DNA of 20,000 bases from Archaeoglobus sp. JdFR-37 (GTDB lineage: Archaea > Halobacteriota > Archaeoglobi > Archaeoglobales > Archaeoglobaceae): NCBI GenBank assembly GCA_002010215.1, contig MTMY01000004.1, forward strand, positions 119,758 through 139,757, in the 5' to 3' direction. The translations under genes were made by a program, and so were the position numbers. Shown piece after piece: positions 16,630-20,000 of the stretch. Positions within the stretch are counted from its first letter, which is position 1. The number at the start of each line of letters is the position of its first letter. The notes beneath the pieces are model-generated. The model saw nothing but the letters and a program-made list of their open reading frames with translations. It searched no databases and was not told where the DNA came from.

Positions 16630-16698
16630 ATGCTCATAAATGCTCATCACTATTTGACAAACTGTTTTGTATTTGCTCATGTATAATTATTATAAAAG
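16630..16698 (+). promoter_or_regulatory. ATGCTCAT direct repeats plus 33-bp promoter/operator cassette, copy 2 (upstream of thiolase-like operon)
   Basis: ATGCTCAT at 16630 and 16640 (10-bp period); TTTGTATTTGCTCATGTATAATTATTATAAAAG at 16666-16698. Confidence 0.75.
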
Positions 16699-16709
16699 AG
16701 GTGTTGCTC

Positions 16710-17789
16710 TTGAAAGTGGGTATCGTTGGCATCGGCATAACCCATTTTGGCGTTCATGAAGAGCCCTTTTACAACGTCGCCTATACTGCAGCAAGGAAGG
16801 CATTAGAAGATGCGGAGATGGAAAGGCATGAGATTGATAACGTAGTTCTGGGGGGATACGATGTTTCTGTTGGAAGAACAATCTCCAACATGTACACCGC
16901 TCCGGCCGCAGGCGGATATCTCAAGGACGAGATAAGAGTAAGCGATGATGCTGCTTACGCATTGGCTCTGGCATACATGCGTATAAAATCCGGGATTTTC
17001 GACGTTGCAATGGTTCTCGGCTACGGCCACTGTTCAGAAACACCCATTGAACTTGTTGAGCTTCTGAGCCTCGACCCATTCTTCCACAGAGACTTAGGCA
17101 TATCCTACCAGATGAGCTACGCCATGCAAAGCTATGCTTACAAGATGAAATACGGTGTGGAAGACGAAACTGCAGCAGAAGTAGTAGTGAGAGCAAGAAA
17201 GAGGGCATCAAAATACGAGTATGCCCATGTGAGAGAAGAAGTGAGTGTTGATGACGTTTTGAGCTCTGAAATGGTCATATTCCCACTCAGGAAGCTTGAG
17301 CTTCCGCCCTGGAGTGATGGGTGTGTGGCTTTAATTCTGGCGGAGGAGACGATTGCAAGGAGGATTAATCCTGAACCCATTTGGGTTGAAGGCCTAGGCT
17401 GGAACACCGAAAACTACTACATGGGGAGCAGAGATCTGGCAGAGCTCTCTTCTACCAGAAAAGCCGGTGAGATGGCCTATAGGATGGCTGGATGCGATGC
17501 TAAAAGCGTTGAGGCTGTAGAAATCATGGATTTAACTCCATACCACCACCTCATGGCATTGGAAGCTCTGGGATTTGCTGCTGATGGTAAAGGAGGAGAG
17601 CTTATCGAGTCTGATTTCCCCACCAACAGCTCTGGTGGAGCCCTCTGTACCAATGCTCATGGCACAACAGGGCTATTCCTGACAGCAAACTTGGCGCTTC
17701 AGATTAGGGATGGATGTGATAGGGGCATCAGTCATGCTGTCAGCGGATATGCTGCCCAGAACTCAATTGTGACGATTCTGGGGGTGTGA
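16710..17789 (+). CDS. SCP2/thiolase-fold protein lacking the catalytic Cys, Ltp4-like
   Basis: MKVGIVGIGITHFG, EIRVSDDAAYALALAY (no Cys), SDGCVALIL, NSSGGAL, SHAVSGYAAQNSIV. Start TTG 16710 (RBS GAGGTG 16698-16703). Confidence 0.85.
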   Translation: MKVGIVGIGITHFGVHEEPFYNVAYTAARKALEDAEMERHEIDNVVLGGYDVSVGRTISNMYTAPAAGGYLKDEIRVSDDAAYALALAYMRIKSGIFDVAMVLGYGHCSETPIELVELLSLDPFFHRDLGISYQMSYAMQSYAYKMKYGVEDETAAEVVVRARKRASKYEYAHVREEVSVDDVLSSEMVIFPLRKLELPPWSDGCVALILAEETIARRINPEPIWVEGLGWNTENYYMGSRDLAELSSTRKAGEMAYRMAGCDAKSVEAVEIMDLTPYHHLMALEALGFAADGKGGELIESDFPTNSSGGALCTNAHGTTGLFLTANLALQIRDGCDRGISHAVSGYAAQNSIVTILGV

Positions 17790-17791
17790 GA

Positions 17792-18955
17792 ATGAGAAGA
17801 GCTGCTGTTATTGGAGTTGGACAAACAAAATTCAGAACCAGGAGAGACGACAAAACTCATCCGGAGCTTACCAGAGAAGCTGTTTCCCGAGCTCTGGAGC
17901 ATGCAGGCATAACAATGGATGATGTTGATGCCTTTGTGTTCGGCACCATGGACCCCTTCGACGGAATAAACTGCCCAGACAGATGGAGCTCAACTGCTGC
18001 AGGCTTCGGAAAGCCCTTCATGAAGATCAGCACCGGCGGAACAACAGGTCTTACAACTGGAATAGCCGCTTACCAGCACGTTGCAAGCGGGCTGTTCGAT
18101 GTGGTTGTTGCAGTTTGTACTCAGCGTGTGGGAGAGAATGTGGATGCCCAGCCAGTTCTGAACACAGCTGTTGATCCAATCTATGAGAGGCATTCTGGAG
18201 TTGGGGCCATAAGCGTCGCAGCCATCCAAGCTACAGTCCACATGCAGAAGTATGGCACGACTGAAGAGCAGATGGCATGGGTTTCGGTGAAGGACCATGA
18301 GAATGCTCTAAAGAACCCGTATGCCCACATCAAGAAGAAGATAGGTGTTGAAGACGTGCTTTCCAGCCCCGTTGTTTCATCTCCTCTAAAACTCTACGAG
18401 TGCTGCCCCAGAAGCGATGGTAGCGTAGCTGTGATCTTTGCATCCGAAGAAAAAGCAGAGCAGATAAGAGATGACCCAGCTTGGATTCTTGCCGAGTCAT
18501 CCATAAGTGATTCCTATTTCGTCGGAGATCGCCCGGATCTGGCAGTCTGGGATTCCCTGAGCATAGCTGGAAGGCGATTGTACAGGCTTGCGGGCATAGA
18601 TGATCCAAAGAAGGATATAGATGTTGCCGAGCTTTACTCGCCCTTCACTATTCAGGAAATTCTTGAGCTTGAAGCCCTTGGTTTCGCTGAGAAGGGCGAA
18701 GGTGCAAAGCTTGCTGAGGAAGGTGTTACATTCGTGGATGGAGATATGCCTACCAATCCTTCTGGCGGAGTTCTCTGCACAAATCCCATTGGAGCTACAG
18801 GCCTGGTAAGGCTTGGAGAGGCTTCGCTTCAGGTGATGGGAGAGGCAAGCAATCAGGTTGATGGAGCTGAAGTGGCATTAGCCCATGCATGGGGTGGCAC
18901 ATTACAATTCCATGCCTTAATGCTGGTTTCAAGCCATAAAAAGCTCAGGAGGTGA
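17792..18955 (+). CDS. SCP2/thiolase-fold protein lacking the catalytic Cys, Ltp3-like (putative aldolase subunit)
   Basis: VIGVGQTKF, KISTGGTTG (no Cys), KNPYAH, PRSDG, DVAELYSPF, NPSGGVLCTNPIGATG, AHAWGG. Start ATG 17792 (RBS GGGGGTG 17780-17786). Confidence 0.88.
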   Translation: MRRAAVIGVGQTKFRTRRDDKTHPELTREAVSRALEHAGITMDDVDAFVFGTMDPFDGINCPDRWSSTAAGFGKPFMKISTGGTTGLTTGIAAYQHVASGLFDVVVAVCTQRVGENVDAQPVLNTAVDPIYERHSGVGAISVAAIQATVHMQKYGTTEEQMAWVSVKDHENALKNPYAHIKKKIGVEDVLSSPVVSSPLKLYECCPRSDGSVAVIFASEEKAEQIRDDPAWILAESSISDSYFVGDRPDLAVWDSLSIAGRRLYRLAGIDDPKKDIDVAELYSPFTIQEILELEALGFAEKGEGAKLAEEGVTFVDGDMPTNPSGGVLCTNPIGATGLVRLGEASLQVMGEASNQVDGAEVALAHAWGGTLQFHALMLVSSHKKLRR

Positions 18956-18959
18956 TGTT

Positions 18960-19415
18960 ATGGTTTTGAGGATTGAGGCGAAATGGGAAATTCCCTACGT
19001 GCATTCTGCTGGAGAACACGCAACAAAATTCTTCGAGGCTTTGAAGGAGAAGAAGATTCTGGGTGTGAAGTGTCCAAAATGTCAGAGGGTGCTTGTCCCT
19101 CCAAGGGCTTTCTGCGAGCGCTGCTATGTTGATACGGATGAGTGGGTTGAGGTGAAGGATGAGGGAGTTATAGAGACAGTAACAATCAACTACGCCCGTT
19201 TTACAGGATTGCCAGACCCTCCTTATGCTGTTGGCATTATAAAGCTGGATGGAGCGGATACAGGAATGCTGGCATATCTTGGAGGCGTTGACCTCACAGA
19301 CTGGAAGAAGGCCCATGAGAAGCTGAAGGTTGGAACGCGCGTTAAGGCTGTATGGAAGGATAGGCCGGAAGGCAGAATTACGGACATTCTTTACTTCAAA
19401 CCGGTGGAAGAATGA
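18960..19415 (+). CDS. DUF35 Zn-ribbon + OB-fold acyl-CoA-binding protein
   Basis: ILGVKCPKC...PPRAFCERC, PYAVGIIKLDGAD, KVGTRVKAVW; RBS GGAGGTGA. Confidence 0.92.
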   Translation: MVLRIEAKWEIPYVHSAGEHATKFFEALKEKKILGVKCPKCQRVLVPPRAFCERCYVDTDEWVEVKDEGVIETVTINYARFTGLPDPPYAVGIIKLDGADTGMLAYLGGVDLTDWKKAHEKLKVGTRVKAVWKDRPEGRITDILYFKPVEE

Positions 19416-19864
19416 TTGGAGAGGGTTGGTATTTCGAGGATTATGAGGTGGGAAGTGAGATTCGAAGCAACTCCAGAACAATAACCGAAGCAGATATTGT
19501 TAACTTTGCGGGCATAACTGGAGACTGGAACCCCCTCCACACCGACGAAGAATTTGCCAAGAAAAGCGTTTTTGGAAAGCGAATTGCCCACGGAACCCTG
19601 ACGTTCGCCATAATGACGGGTTTGCTGGCCAGACTCGGGATTATAGAGAAAACAATCGTTGCTTTCTACGGCGTTGATAAGCTACGCCTCACAAAGCCGG
19701 TTTTCATTGGAGATACGCTTACAGCCATTGCAAGAGTGGTTGAAAAGGAGGATAGGGGCGATGCGGGCATGATTGTAATGGAGGCTGAGGTTGTTAACCA
19801 GCGTGGCGAGGTTGTTCTCACTAGTATCCTCAGATTTCTGGTTAAGAAGCGTGGAGATGGGTGA
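19412..19864 (+). CDS. MaoC-family (R)-specific enoyl-CoA hydratase/dehydratase
   Basis: YFEDYEVG, RTITEADIVNFAGITGDWNPLHTD, RIAHG, PVFIGDTL; catalytic Asp/His present; ATGA overlap with DUF35. Confidence 0.92.
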   Translation: MIGEGWYFEDYEVGSEIRSNSRTITEADIVNFAGITGDWNPLHTDEEFAKKSVFGKRIAHGTLTFAIMTGLLARLGIIEKTIVAFYGVDKLRLTKPVFIGDTLTAIARVVEKEDRGDAGMIVMEAEVVNQRGEVVLTSILRFLVKKRGDG

Positions 19865-19914
19865 TTACACAACTGGAGCCAAAATGAGGCTATATAAATT
19901 AGGAGGTGTAAAAA

Positions 19915-20000
19915 ATGGATTTCAGGCTGACGGATGAGCAGAGGATGATTGCGGATGCGGCTAAGGATATAGCTAAGGACTTCCCGCCGGAGTACTGGAG
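19915..20000 (+). CDS. Acyl-CoA dehydrogenase, N-terminal fragment (runs off window)
   Basis: AGGAGGTG RBS at 19901-19908; translates MDFRLTDEQRMIADAAKDIAKDFPPEYW, a typical ACAD N-terminus; not in the supplied ORF track. Confidence 0.8.
   Translation, partial: MDFRLTDEQRMIADAAKDIAKDFPPEYW

Noticed and set aside
15869..16698. Insertion sequence bounded by terminal inverted repeats
   Set aside because: The enclosed ORF has no DDE, HUH or recombinase motifs, flanks show no target-site duplication, and repeats sit at promoter positions of functionally related genes

Overview
Dense, compact archaeal (euryarchaeal, very Archaeoglobales-like) chromosomal window with no transposase, CRISPR array or rRNA/tRNA gene. 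It has three parts. (1) 1-8288: 3' part of an F420H2:quinone oxidoreductase (complex I-like Fqo/Fpo) operon, order H-I-F-J1-J2-K-L-M-N, with an I subunit carrying four rather than two [4Fe-4S] motifs. (2) 8279-14117: cofactor and housekeeping genes (DUF447, CitG-like, MqnP/UbiA prenyltransferase, DUF166, CooC, a small secreted protein, KptA/Tpt1, DUF531 SPOUT-like). A 360-bp structured intergenic region here contains a candidate small RNA. (3) 14184-20000: a divergent acyl-CoA catabolic locus. A CaiC-type CoA ligase faces away from an RHH-type regulator, followed by two Cys-less thiolase-fold proteins resembling the actinobacterial Ltp4/Ltp3 aldolase pair, a DUF35 Zn-ribbon/OB protein, a MaoC hydratase and the start of an acyl-CoA dehydrogenase. 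The most interesting signals are this putative retro-aldol pathway for beta-branched acyl-CoAs, a 33-bp element (29/33 identical) duplicated in inverted orientation in front of both catabolic arms, TGCTCA boxes, and a probable ATC start for the ligase. All family calls come from motif recognition by eye; no database search was run.
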